Shown: positions 38,838 to 50,722 of the stretch, one piece after another
How positions within the stretch are numbered: the first letter of the stretch is position 1
Layout: the number at the start of each line of letters is the position of its first letter
DNA from: Selaginella moellendorffii
Taxonomy: Eukaryota; Plantae; Lycopodiophyta
Direction: 5' to 3'
Assembly: GCF_000143415.4 (NCBI RefSeq)
Contig: NW_003314319.1
Coordinates: forward strand, 335,181-399,180
DNA length: 64,000 nt
Program-made: the position numbers and the translations under genes
The notes under the pieces: generated by a model
Told to the model about the DNA's origin: nothing
Seen by the model: the letters and a program-made list of their open reading frames with translations, nothing else
Databases searched by the model: none

Positions 38838-39147
38838 ATGTCATATGATGGTTCAGAAATTTGTAAAAAGTAAACCTCCATCGACATGAAAATGTATGCC
38901 TTGAGATGTCAAGATGGTTCAAAACTTTGTAGAAAATAGTTCTAACCTCCATCAACATAAACTCGATATGTCATGATGGTTTAAAACTCTGTAGAAAGTA
39001 GCTCCCAACCTCCATCTACATGAATTCAAGATGTCACGATGGTTTGAAACTCTATAGCAAGTAATTCCTGACCTCCATCAACATGAAAATGTACCAAGTT
39101 GGTTGGAACTCTATAAAAAGTAGTTCCCAACCTCCATTGACATAAAG
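38838..39147. repeat. Degenerate tandem repeat, ~62-bp unit, ~5 copies
   Basis: Recurring atgtca..gatggtt..aaact.tgta.aaa.tag.tc..aacctccatc.acat.aa. Confidence 0.8.
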
Positions 39148-39221
39148 CGTCTACAAAGATATTTCCATCTTGTTCAATTTACTCATGAAATCTAAGAAGA
39201 AAGAAATACATATAAGTATTT

Positions 39222-39440
39222 CTCCACAAGTTCCCAGCAACTTCCCCAAGCTCAAATGGCATGAACTGCAAGAGCTCCTCAGAAGCTCTAAGCCATCAAG
39301 AATGACCAATCAGATCCACAACACAAACAAAGTGATTTTCACTTGCATGGAGATGCAAATCAGATTATCTATGTAGCCCTTGCTGCATGACTGCATATTG
39401 ACAAAAGAATGGAGAATGTTGATGAGGTTGTTGGGTGTCA
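39222..39440 (-). pseudogene. PPR relic (end of PLS tract and E motif)
   Basis: ICSHA...HFVCVVDLIGHS...EELLQFMPFE. Confidence 0.6.
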
Positions 39441-39707
39441 CATTTATTCCCAGCCACAACTATAAAACCAAAGCTTCAACGTGGGTCGTATATCATAGAC
39501 TTAGAATAAAGAACTAAGGGCTCACAGTGGAGCAGCAAATAAAGCTAAAATTCTTGCAAATATATGCCGCCCCCTTGGCAGCTGCAATATTAAATGCCCA
39601 CTGAGTTGGAGCGCTTGAAATCTCAATGGATTCATCCCACACAGCGGGATTGCTGCTCCTTTGTGAATGGGAAGGAGTGACCTCAAGGGAAGCTGATCTT
39701 ACAAGTC

Positions 39708-40270
39708 CTAAGCAAAATCTTGAGAAACAAAAAGCGACAGGCTAGTTTTGAGGAAGTAGATGGCAGTGACCTCTCCAGAGATTTTGGAATCTCCTTGTTG
39801 AAGATCTTGCAGATTTAGTTGAGCATCAAGATTCAAGGTCGTCCATAGCATTGGAATATCACCCAGCGATCCAGGGATTGTGCCAGAGAGTGAATTGGTG
39901 CTGAGATTCAGTGAGATGAGGTGGCCAAGTGATGCCAAGCAATTCATATAGACGACTAGTGCACTGTCCATGACTGTTGATTCGCGGCTGGGTTGCCTCG
40001 GCCGTGGACCTGTCCACCAATGCACTCTTGGACTTGCTTCACTTTGGCGCTTCCAGGGCCTCTAGAGCTAGGACCTCTTCCATGCATCACTGATCCATGA
40101 TTGCAAAGCTTCACGGATGCTTGAAGGGTCTTTGAAGTGATAATGGGGTGTCTCGGCCTGGAGAGTTTAGGAACACAATAGATCTTTCAAGCTAGTAGAT
40201 ATTGAAGATCTCCAGGCCTGCTGCAGTTCCACGTACATGAGCACTAAATGAACTTAGCAACGGCGAAGCA
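39708..40270 (-). pseudogene. LRR receptor-like gene relic
   Basis: LGHLISLNLSTNSLSGTIPGSLG. Confidence 0.65.
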
Positions 40271-40448
40271 AGAATGGAGCTGTGGAGCATCCTGCCTTTG
40301 TAGAGATCTTTGGAGACGGTTCTCTCTTATAAAATAAGGCAAGGAGCTCGACCCTGGATCAGATCTTGCGAAACTGAGCTGCCTTGACAGGGGGATGGCG
40401 AGAAGATTTATTATTTGTATTATTTTATTTAGTTAACAGCTCGTTGGT

Positions 40449-41673
40449 TTAGTTTATTTGGAGCTTTTGTGAATGCTTGCCATCCAAATATTTTGTGTAG
40501 ACATTTGTGATGTGCTCTTGGTATAAGGTTGACTTGTAGAGTGGCGGGTTTTGCTCATCAATAAGTTCTGGCAGGGGTCCTATCACAGCATCCCGTGATG
40601 GATTGCAAAATGCCACGATGGAGAGACGAGTTTGATCAGGCTGGACAAGGACTCGGTGCTCAATGCTCTTGTATTTTCCATTGCTCAAAATCTGGCATGG
40701 AAAAGAACAAAGCCATGATAAAAATCAATCCAAGTCACTTACTTCAAGCTGATCAGCGATGTTCACAATGAATGCATTCTTTATAGGCTTCAAGTCGTAC
40801 CAGAGATCACCTTTCCTGGCCTGGAGTCCGCCAACTTGATCTTCAAACAGGATTGTCAAACCGCCACTATCGGTGTGGCCATTCATCCCAAGAGCAAGGT
40901 CGGGATTTGGGCACGGCGGATAGTAATTTGATCGCAAGATCATCTCCGAGTCTCCAAACGATTTTGCGAGGCAGTTTGAATCCAGCCCGAGTCCTTCAGA
41001 CAAAGCAGACATCAGAGTCTGACTCAGATGTCTCACGCTTGAAACATAGCTGGAAGCGAGCCTCCTGCAATATCCAAGAAACCAAGCAATCTCATGAAAT
41101 CCAGATTAGTCAAGCTCATTTACTTGTAGCAGGCTGGTTTTTCCGGCCATGGATGCTCTTTTTCTCTGTTTGAAAAGTAGTGCTGAAAGTGGTCGTGCCA
41201 CTCCATATGAGTCTCTTGAGAAGGTGTCATACTCGTGCAGTACCGCACGGGCACAAACACCTCCTCCGTATAATACTTCATCTTCTCCTCAATAGGAAGA
41301 TCAAAGAGCTCAAGCACTCCATGGACCATGCCTTGCATGGTTGCAACAGGAATCCCGTGGTTGATCACCTGCATGTGACATCATATTATGAATGATCCTT
41401 TTGAGCAGGTACACATCAAAATACCTGAAAGATGCCCCATTCACTCGAAGCCTTGCACAAAGTTTGAACAAATTTCTCTCGGTCACTCTCCAATGCAGCC
41501 ATGTCAATCACAGGGATCTCCACTCCAGGAACGATCAAATGCTTCACAGCTCGGTGGCTGGGAGGTTTGATATAACGGCCAGGAATGGTAACGAGGCCAT
41601 TATCCATGAGAGCTTTGACACCCTTTGGAAGAACATCAGTCTGCTGATTGACATTTGCAACAAAGGAAGGCAT
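40449..41673 (-). CDS. 2OG-Fe(II) dioxygenase, DOXC class, apparently intact 4-exon copy
   Basis: Mirror of 24746-25970 but keeps NYYPPCP; HTD/H/RLS motifs intact. Confidence 0.93.
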
Positions 41674-42202
41674 AGCTACAAAATTAGGAGGAAACAAGAT
41701 GAACGAGGTTGCATAGAATTGGTGGGTTTATATAGTTGATTTTTCATGATGTTAAAGTCCAAGTTGGTGGCCGCGAAAGACCTTCTTTCTAGGTGGCAGC
41801 CCACCTGGCCATCGCCTCAATTCCTTAAAACATCACGTCTTTTCTTTTTCGAGACTCTGGATAGTAAGCGACGAAGCCGGCAGCAGCAGCGAAGGAGGGA
41901 GCCGACATCGCGGCTTCGATTTTCTACATCCATCAGTCACAAGATTACCGAAATAACATAAATAGATAGTTGTAAGCATGAGACTGATGGATGCAAGAAT
42001 GCCACGATTGAAAATTAGAGCTACATCTTGCAGATCTTCCTGGTCTTCAGTCCTTGTTGTGCGCTGCTTGGACACAATTTCTTTCTGAAAGAGCCGGGTA
42101 GAAAAACTAAGACAGTGAATATGTTCTCTTTCGATTTGAATTTCTTCCTTTAAATATATATGCTCTCCACTCTTATTTCAATCTAAAGTTTAGCTTAGGA
42201 TC

Positions 42203-43869
42203 ATGGTTGGGACGATCAAACACCTCTACAACAGTCAATGGATGGTTGCATTGGCAAGTTTCTTCCTCATGATCTCCACGGGAGGAGCACTCAACAACTT
42301 CAGCCTCTTCTCGCAGCATCTCAAGCTGTCCCTCGACTACAACCAAAAAAATATCAACACCATAAGCTTATTTAAGGACGTTGGCACCAGCGTCGGGATT
42401 CTCTCCGGCCTCCTCTATGATCTCACCGGGCCCTGGGTCGTGCTCCTCCTTGGATTCGCGCTAAACTTTGCTGGATACTTCACGATATGGCTGGCTACAA
42501 CGCAGAGAATAGCACAACCCCATGTCTGGGAACTGTGCTTCTATCTCTTTATGATCGGCGCATCGGCAGCCTTCACCACCACCGCTGTTCTTGTGGCCTG
42601 TGCCAAGAATTTCCCCAAGAACCAGGGCATGGTTCTTAGTCTTCTCGACAGTACGCAGGGATTGAGCGTTGCGATGTTCACGCTGCTTTACCAGGCCTTT
42701 TTCTCTCGCAATGACGATTCATTCGTTCTCTTGCTGGCCTGGTTTCCATCACTCTTGTGCCTTCTCTTCGCGTTTTCCATTCGATCCGTCCCACTCGACG
42801 GTCGCTACAATGACTCGAGAACGCTCTTCGTCTTCTTGTCAGTAACTTTGATCCTGGCTGGATATCTCATGGCTATATCATCCTCCAGCACTTCGTGCGC
42901 CTAGAGTCTCGGATCATCAAGGCCTTCTTTTCCATTATGCTGATCATTCTCTCCATCCCAGTTCTTGTGGTTCTGAGACAGGAATCCAAAACCCTCCGGC
43001 ATCGCCTTCGCGAAGAAGTTGATGTTGATCTAGTGGAGAACGCAGCGATAGAAACTCCTCAAACAGATTATCAAGACGTAGATCCTCCGGATCATGGGGC
43101 AGACGCCGCTGCTCCAGCCATCGCCTCGCACATTTCGATCTTCTTCTTTAAAGGATCGCCCGTCAAGCGAGGAGACGATTTCACAATCCTCCAGGCGCTC
43201 TGTAGCATCGACATGTTTCTCATCTTCGTGGCTTCAACCTGTGGCATTGGCGCTGTGCTAACCGTGACCAACAATTTCGGCCAGATTGGAACGTCCCTTG
43301 GCTACTCCCAGGCCGGAACAAACACTTTCATCGCCCTCCTTAGCATCTGGGACTTCAACGGTGGCGTTGGCGTTGGCTTCATCTCGGACATATGCCTCGC
43401 CAGCTATGGCGTCGCAAGGCCCTTCTTCCTGTGCCTGGTTCTCTTGCTTCTGTCGCTTGGGAGCTTGATAATCGCTCTTGGGCTTCCCGGAGCGCTCTTC
43501 TACGGCTGGGTTTTGATTGGGCTGTCAATCGGTGGCCAGTGGTCGGTTCTTTACACCATGATAGCGGAGATCTTCGGGCTCAGGTTCTATGGGACGCTCC
43601 AAAATGTAACTTACGTCGCTAAGGCTCTGGGAACTTATGTTTTGTCCGTCCGGGTGGCAGGAGTTTTATACGACTGCGAGAGTAAGCTTGGACCGAGCAA
43701 TGGAAGTTTGGATGGTGATGAGCTCCTTTGCCATGGACCACATTGCTACAGAACAACCTTTTTCGTAATGGCTGGAGTGTGTTTGTTTGCATCCATTGTG
43801 AGCTTGATCTTGTCCATTAGAACAACAAAGTTTTATAGTGTCACTCTTCGAAAGAGATTAATTGATTAA
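42203..43869 (+). pseudogene. Nodulin-like MFS transporter, frameshifted (1-bp deletion near 42876)
   Basis: gctatatcatc versus intact gctattatcatc; same lesion as copy 1. Confidence 0.9.
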
Positions 43870-44679
43870 TAGATGTTAGCTGCTGAAATGAAAAGTAAAA
43901 CTTCTACAAGCTGCTGAAATGAATAGTAAACTTCTACGCATAATCCGATTAGCCTAAAAATTTTAGATTATATGCAATTACTCACTTGAGTTATTATTTT
44001 AAATGCAAAGTCAAACCAGCCCATCAATAGTTGATGTTTTATGGGATAATTTCTCAATAAGACAGATATTCATACACAAGAAAGACCATGAGATAAATCA
44101 TTTCTCTTGTATGCAATGGATATTAATATATATGATCAGAAAGGAAAAAATTGTAACAATCTTAAGCTTCATGATAATAAACTACATGAAAAATTAGAAA
44201 CTCAAAGAGTAAATAATAATTTAACTACTATAAAATAGAGAGAGCATATGCCCAAAGACAAATATAAATTTTTTTTACTTACACTAATGCTTTAGTTTTA
44301 AAGTAGCAATGTTTGGTTATAGTAGTGTCATTCCTGTTTAGTATTATTGAATAATCCAATGATAAACATATTTATAAATTATAATACAAAATTAATTTTA
44401 ATTAATAACAACTGTTACATGGATCCTAGACTATCCAAGCTATCCATTACCATTATAGGTTTGCTTAAGCAATCAAAAAAATAATCTAAAGTATTCAATT
44501 ATAATAATTTACAGTTGACAATTATAACAAATTTAATGGGTGACTCTTTCATTATAAATTTAGGTTGTAATAGCTAAAGGGCTATTTAATTTTACCATTA
44601 TCTAAGACTCTTATTTGATGTATATTTCATAATGACAATTTGGTTCCATTCTTCAGACAAAATCTATAAACAAAGTTCA

Positions 44680-45348
44680 TCATTGAAATTTCTGTTTGAA
44701 ATCACTCCACAACTGATCCACACTTTTTCTAATCAGATCCTGGAAGTAGCTTTCACTCCACCCGTCATAGAGCTTCTTGTTAAGCTCTGCCACAAAGCTA
44801 GGATGGAGATCGTTGACATAGTTTAGAAACAGTGCAGTCACGGTATACCCCTCGTCCCAGTGGCTCCCCAACCCCACAAACCCATTGGTCGACACACCTA
44901 GCTTAGCCTTGAGCCTCATAAAGTCGGCAATCCCCTCGATCAGTCCCTGCGGCGCCCGGCTCCCGTCCTTGCCGAACCACTGCCAAATGTGAGTCATCTC
45001 GTGGTACAAGACGCCTCGGAGCTCAAAAACCAAGTCTCCAGTGAAAGTAGCAACAAACTGTGCGCTGAGATGGATCTCCACACCAATGGCGTAGGCCACC
45101 CCAGGCATGCCGTCCACTGTGAAGTGGATGGTGTCAATCTCCTTCTTAGGTGTGTCGGGGCTCATATACTCGAAGCCAAGCTGGACGAAGGCCATGGCGT
45201 CGGCAAGGATGGAGAGGGCTCCATCTACTCCCATGACAGAGTCGAAGCGCTGGCCTCCCGGGGATTCTGGGGTTGTGTTGGCGCCTGTGATGGAGGTGCC
45301 TTGAGTTACCTGGAATGTTGCTAGGATAATGAGGAGAAAAATTGCCAT
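44680..45348 (-). CDS. Plant basic secretory protein (BSP/PR-17 family) with HExxH metallopeptidase-like motif
   Basis: Hydrophobic N-terminal signal MAIFLLIILATF; GVLYHEMTHIWQW; GLIEGIADFMRL; WDEGYTVTALFL; GKSVDQLW-type C-terminus. Confidence 0.93.
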   Translation of the reverse strand: MAIFLLIILATFQVTQGTSITGANTTPESPGGQRFDSVMGVDGALSILADAMAFVQLGFEYMSPDTPKKEIDTIHFTVDGMPGVAYAIGVEIHLSAQFVATFTGDLVFELRGVLYHEMTHIWQWFGKDGSRAPQGLIEGIADFMRLKAKLGVSTNGFVGLGSHWDEGYTVTALFLNYVNDLHPSFVAELNKKLYDGWSESYFQDLIRKSVDQLWSDFKQKFQ

Positions 45349-45755
45349 TTTCTTTATGTTTTTCTTTTCCTCCTTATATCATTTGAGTTATTATTTCAAA
45401 TGTAGAGTCAGTCTATGTTTCCTGGGATAGTTTCTCAATAAGACAGATGATAAAACAGTTATTTACTTTATTTTTCCGGCATCTTTCCTAAAGGTAGACC
45501 CCATTGTTAATCAAAACGATGAGAAAAACAAAGGGTGGCACCTGCAAAAAAGAAAGTTTTAGAAACAAATCGCAAAAGGAGAGAGAAATCGCAAAGATGG
45601 AAGGATTCCAAGGATGCGAGAGAAACTTTCGGGACAAAGAGAAAATCTCACCACCAAGTCTACTAGAGCGCTCAATTAGCATGCGAGAGGCACTAGGATT
45701 GATACTCTCTACATTCCTTTTCTTTCTCTTCTTTGTTTTCGTATGCCCTTAATCT

Positions 45756-47872
45756 TTGCCAGATCGCCTGGAGCCGGAAGAGCTCATCCATCTCCTCCTC
45801 ACCTGCACATCCCTGCGATTGGTCGATGGTGGTAGGAAGCTCCACGCCCATATCTCCCGTCTGGGCCGCCTTGAAAGGGATGGGCGTCTCGCGAATCACC
45901 TCATCGACATGTATGGCAAGTGCGGGCATTTGGACGATGCCAAGGCTGTGTTCCAAAGCCTTGACGCGAGTAAGAGGAGCTCTCTCTCGTGGAGCGCGCT
46001 CATCACGGCTCACGGCTCATGTGGATCAATCGGAGGGGCTGTTGGCCTGCTGAACGAGATGGAGGAGCAGGGAATTCTCCCGGATCAAACCGCCCTCTTG
46101 CCAGCGCTCAATCTTTGCCCCACACACGGCGCTCTCGCAGGGGGCATTGTGGTACACAAAATAATAGCGGATCGTGGGCTGGAGAAGAATGTGATAATCT
46201 CAAATGAGATTATCAACATGTATGGAAAATGCAGCCAAATCGACCAAGCCAGAGCTTTCTTAGATAGAATGTATTTCCGAAACACAGGGTCTTGGAACGC
46301 CATTGTTTCAGCATATGCCCAAAATGGGCATCAGTCGGATGCAGTGAAAATGCTCTTTGTCATGCAGCTCGAGGGCGTCAAGATTGGAAAAATCGGATTC
46401 GTTACACTCCTCAAGGCTTGCTGCGGCCCAATGTTCCTGAAGACCGGCAGACTCATTCACTCTTGTCTTCCGGAGGATGTTCTCCATGAGACGGACGTCA
46501 CAGCCGGAACGAGCCTTGTTCATATGTATGCAAAGTGTGGCAGCCTTGCGGAAGCGCGAGAGATTTTTGAGCGGATGAGCTGCAAGAACAAGTTTGCATG
46601 GTCTGCCATGATCAGCGCTTACGTAGAACACGAGGAAACGAGGTCTTCCCTCGAGTGTTTTTGTCTGATGCTGCTCAATGGTGTCGAGCCAGATGAGCTT
46701 TCGTGGCGGTTTTAGAGGCTTGCGGCGTCCTCAAGGCTGGATGTTTTGTCCACGGTTTGATCGAAGAGTGTGGCTTCCAGAGCGTCCCATTTGTAGGAAA
46801 CACGCTGATAACCATGTATTCCCGGGAGGTGTGGCAGCGCATTTGAATCGAGGAGAGTTTTCCAGAGCATGGATTGTCCAGACGCAGTCGCCTGGTCGTC
46901 GATCATTGCAGCTCTCGCGGAGCAAGGCAATGGAAAAGGACTGCAGGGGATGGTGTTTCTTTGGCGCATGCAGCTAGAGAGCGTGAGGCCGAACAACGTA
47001 ACTCTCCTGGCGGCGCTCAATGCGTGCTCGTCCCCGGCGTTTCTGCGCGGGGGCCGACAGATTCACCGTGGAGTCCGGCTATGACTCCTCTAACAAGATC
47101 GTGGGGAACGCGCTCGTCAACATGTTTGCAAAGTGTGGGAGCTTGCTTGATGCACGAGAAGCCTTCGCCAAGATCTCTCACAAGGATGCGACGTCGTGGA
47201 AAGCCTTGATCACGATCTACGTACAGTACCAGCATGGAAAAATCGTACTCGATTCACACATGCAGTTAGAAGGATTCCGGATGAACAACCACACTTCCGT
47301 AAACGCTATCATTGCCTGCACGGAGATCTCCTCCTTGAAAGATGGCAAGCGAGTCCACGGCTGGATTTGCGAGAGGGGAGTGGAGCTGGACGTTCTACTC
47401 GGCAACGCAGTGCTCAATCTCTACAGCAAATACGGGAGCCTGGACGCTGTTCTTCCAGCTGCGAAGAGAAGACGTGATAACCTGGAGTGCAATGGTGGGA
47501 GCCTACGATCGCCACGGCCACGCGGTGCGAGCTCTCACGCTCTTCCGAGTGATGCAAATGGGATCCGACACCATGCCAAACTCCATCAACTTCGTCAGCG
47601 TCCTCTCGGCGTGTAGCCACGCCGGGCTCTAGGACGCTCACTGCAGCTTTGTGTCGATGAGGAGCAACTATGGGATCGCCCCCGCTGCGAAGTACTACGT
47701 GTGCATGGTCGATCTTCTAGGGCGAGCCGGGAAGTTTGAGGAGATGGTACGTTTCGTGGTAAGCTCTCCAGTGGAGGGCGATGCTGTGGTGTGGAGGGCC
47801 GTGCTGGCGGCTTGCAGAAGCCTCGGCAAGTTGAGATTGGGAACCGAGCTGTTAAGCGGACTCGTGATTTAG
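45756..47872 (+). pseudogene. PLS-class PPR (E-subclass, no DYW) pseudogene
   Basis: Same as 29819-31935; frame breaks near 46700, 47065, 47445 and 47630. Confidence 0.9.
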
Positions 47873-49840
47873 AAAACAAGCGGAAAAGAGAAGATAAGCG
47901 AAGCAATCCTGACATACCCGGTATGAGAACGCCTGAGTTCCAACGTACGTAGAAGAGTTCCTCTTCTTCTTTTGCACGAGCATCCAGGTCTCTCTTGAAT
48001 TTAGTGCTATGGGGCCGTAAGTTTGCTGGATCTGCAAACAGCGTCAAGTCAGCGTGATCTTTCAACACAGTGCAACAAGACGAAACAAGTCATATCGTCT
48101 TCTATTTCAATACCAGGATGTCCTTGAGACTTGTCAGTTGACTGATCGCTGGGTCCGGTCCTTCTGCATCCATGCACCCTGGACGCTCTTTTAAGAAGAA
48201 CAAAGGAAGCAAGCTGGAAGCATTCACCAGAATTGCGGCATCGATTCCAGCTTCACTGAAAAGTGCTGTCTCTTTTCTTGCTTGATGGTCACCCATAGTT
48301 GCACCAGCACAGCAAGCTCCATGAGCAGCAAAGATCCTACAATCAGACGAATCCTGAGGAGCTTTACACTCAAGTCCACGAGAAATGCAGATAATTGAAG
48401 CACATACCAGTAGAGTGAGCTCGTGGGAGACAAGACCAGCCTTATTTTGTTGCCCGCATGAAGCGCAGATCTTGAAACGGTGACCCTTTGGGCAGGACAC
48501 GAAGGCACCCAGCATTGGACACAGCACAGCCGCTTCCAGCAGCACGAAGCCAAATGCAGCTACCTGGATCCGCCATATTCGAGATTTACAAGTCTGCTCG
48601 TTAAGCCCTAGGGATGGCAGGCTTCTCGTTCTCATTCGGATATTCGTTCCGGAGAGCCGGCTGCTGGTCTCGGCCTTGCCAGAACTAAAAGAGATACAGT
48701 TTATTTGAAAAGCCGAATGCAGCAGCGTCTGGGCTGAGGTTCGATTTCATCCAATTGTTTGCATATGTTTGTAACTTGACTTTCGATTTTCTCCAGGATC
48801 AAGACGCCTGAGAGTCGCTTGGCATCTCTATGTTCGCAGCAATTTCGAACCGGTTCGTGGGGCAAAGGCCAAGAAAGGCGTTCTCGAGCCAGCCGGATCC
48901 ACAGAGCTGTGACAGCTAGTGCTGAACAAAGGAATGGAGCATCTGGTGCATTGTCAATCCATACTGAAGAATCTCAATTGAGGCTATGGTGTTCCAGCTC
49001 CCCATTTAACCATGTCAATACCCTATAAAATCTCTCTCCTGATCTTGTTCCAGGGCACTGCAGCTGGCGGCACACCTAAGATTTTTGCGGATAGAACCGC
49101 CGGATTGCTTAACCCGGTTGGGAAAGAAGGCGTTTCAGCTTCAAATGGCACAGTTAAAAACGAGCATGGGTGCAGCCGGGTCCGGCAACGGTTCCTCATA
49201 TTGTAAATGCACTGAGACAGATATTACAGCAGCAGCAGTGAGCACATTTGGCTTCTGCTTCTCGAGCATCACGTACATATTAGTGCTGGGCCAGCATGTT
49301 TGTACAGGAGGCGGGTAGGATCTCCCAGGCATAGATATCCTTTGGGAACAAACAGAAGTCGTGTTGTACCGAACAGATCGACCATGCAGAACTAATTCGG
49401 TTGAATGTGGATGTCGGCTGTCATACTTTGGAAGGTTTCTCAGGCGGCTGCAACAGGCGCACAAAGACCATAGCATCCCTTCCCTTGGAAGATTAATACA
49501 GCTTCAGCCAGGGCATAGCATGAGAATGGTCTAGGAAGAGGTTACAAGCCAGCATGGTTCGTATGCTGCCAGCATTGCATTTGCAGTCTACATTTTCCGT
49601 AACTTGCTTGCTCTGAGCGTAGCCACCTGACATGCTGCATTGTCGAATTCTCCACAGCGATTCACATACAGAGTTTCCATTATTTTTATCTGCAACCAAA
49701 TTTCCAGGTTCGTTTTGATGATTTGATTTTTTGGAGAGAGCGTGACCAAGGAATAATCAAGGAAATTTATCTAGGACAGCTTATATACTTATTAACTTCA
49801 CACGTTTCCTTATGGAATTAATACCACACCATATACGCAA

Positions 49841-50722
49841 TTAGTGTTTTGGTTTTGGGCGCGGAGGTTCATCAGATCCATCGATTGCACATGGTGTAGC
49901 CTGGCTCATGCTGAGGTCGTGCCAAACTTGGAGGTACGGGAACAGCCCGAGTACACGGGCACGCTCACTCTCCCTCAAAGCGCGAAACACAGACCTGTAT
50001 AAACAAAAGCATATATAGAACGCGTACAAACAGCACCTGATAAACACCATCACGGGCATGGTGTTGATGGGAACACTTAAGCCAGCGATGCTGTCATGGT
50101 CCGTCACTATGGCTCCCAGACGTGGAGTCTGTCCGAATGGTCCTCCACTGCTACTACTTGCACCTCCAGCTTTGAGACAGTTTACACATCGTTTGACGCA
50201 CACGACATTAGATTCGCCTTTCTTCTTCTGGTGCTTCTGCACGGCGTAAGTTGTATCAGCCGACTCATTCAATCGTGCCAGCTTCTCGAATACAACATGC
50301 TCCGCACAGTTCTCGAAGTCGCGGCCCTTACTGGGTTTGGCCTCTTTATCCTCGTCGAGAAGTGCCAAGTGGAGCCTGGAATGGGTGTCATCATCAAAAG
50401 CTGAGACTTGAACTCCCAGCCTCTTCTCCACATCCTTGATGCTTACTGGATTTGGTCTACCCCCTGCCATGTCCATCCTCAAACGAACGTTAGCACCCAC
50501 AACTCTTGTTCCTTGTTCCGTGACTCCACAGCACAGCACATCGCTCACTTGCCCCTTCTTTGCATGCTCAATAGGAGCCTGGCGAACCAACATCCCCAAG
50601 TGCAAAATGCGCAGGAAATGGATGAATGCGTCCCCATCGCTGAGACCTGGAATACCTTGCAATGCATTCCACAGCTTTTGAGCATCGGCAAGGTTCACCT
50701 GCTCAGAATCCTTTGAGGCCAT
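49841..50722 (-). CDS. Orphan protein with putative Zn-dependent cytidine-deaminase-like fold (probable start MASK at 50722; probable in-frame 42-nt intron 49995-50036)
   Basis: Uninterrupted 328-codon ORF; VLCCGVTEQGTRVVGAN, NCAEHVVFEKL and KRCVNC occur in deaminase order. Confidence 0.65.
   Translation of the reverse strand: MASKDSEQVNLADAQKLWNALQGIPGLSDGDAFIHFLRILHLGMLVRQAPIEHAKKGQVSDVLCCGVTEQGTRVVGANVRLRMDMAGGRPNPVSIKDVEKRLGVQVSAFDDDTHSRLHLALLDEDKEAKPSKGRDFENCAEHVVFEKLARLNESADTTYAVQKHQKKKGESNVVCVKRCVNCLKAGGASSSSGGPFGQTPRLGAIVTDHDSIAGLSVPINTMPVMVFIRCCLYAFYICFCLYRSVFRALRESERARVLGLFPYLQVWHDLSMSQATPCAIDGSDEPPRPKPKH

Noticed and set aside
42876-42904. Programmed frameshift or split two-half MFS
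   Set aside because: No slippery site; a simple 1-bp deletion relative to the intact copy 3.
48000-49700. GC-balanced region with intron-like acceptors and ORFs up to 177 aa (mirror 28000-29700)
   Set aside because: Probably decayed gene fragments, but I could not assemble a recognisable protein or a consistent frame.
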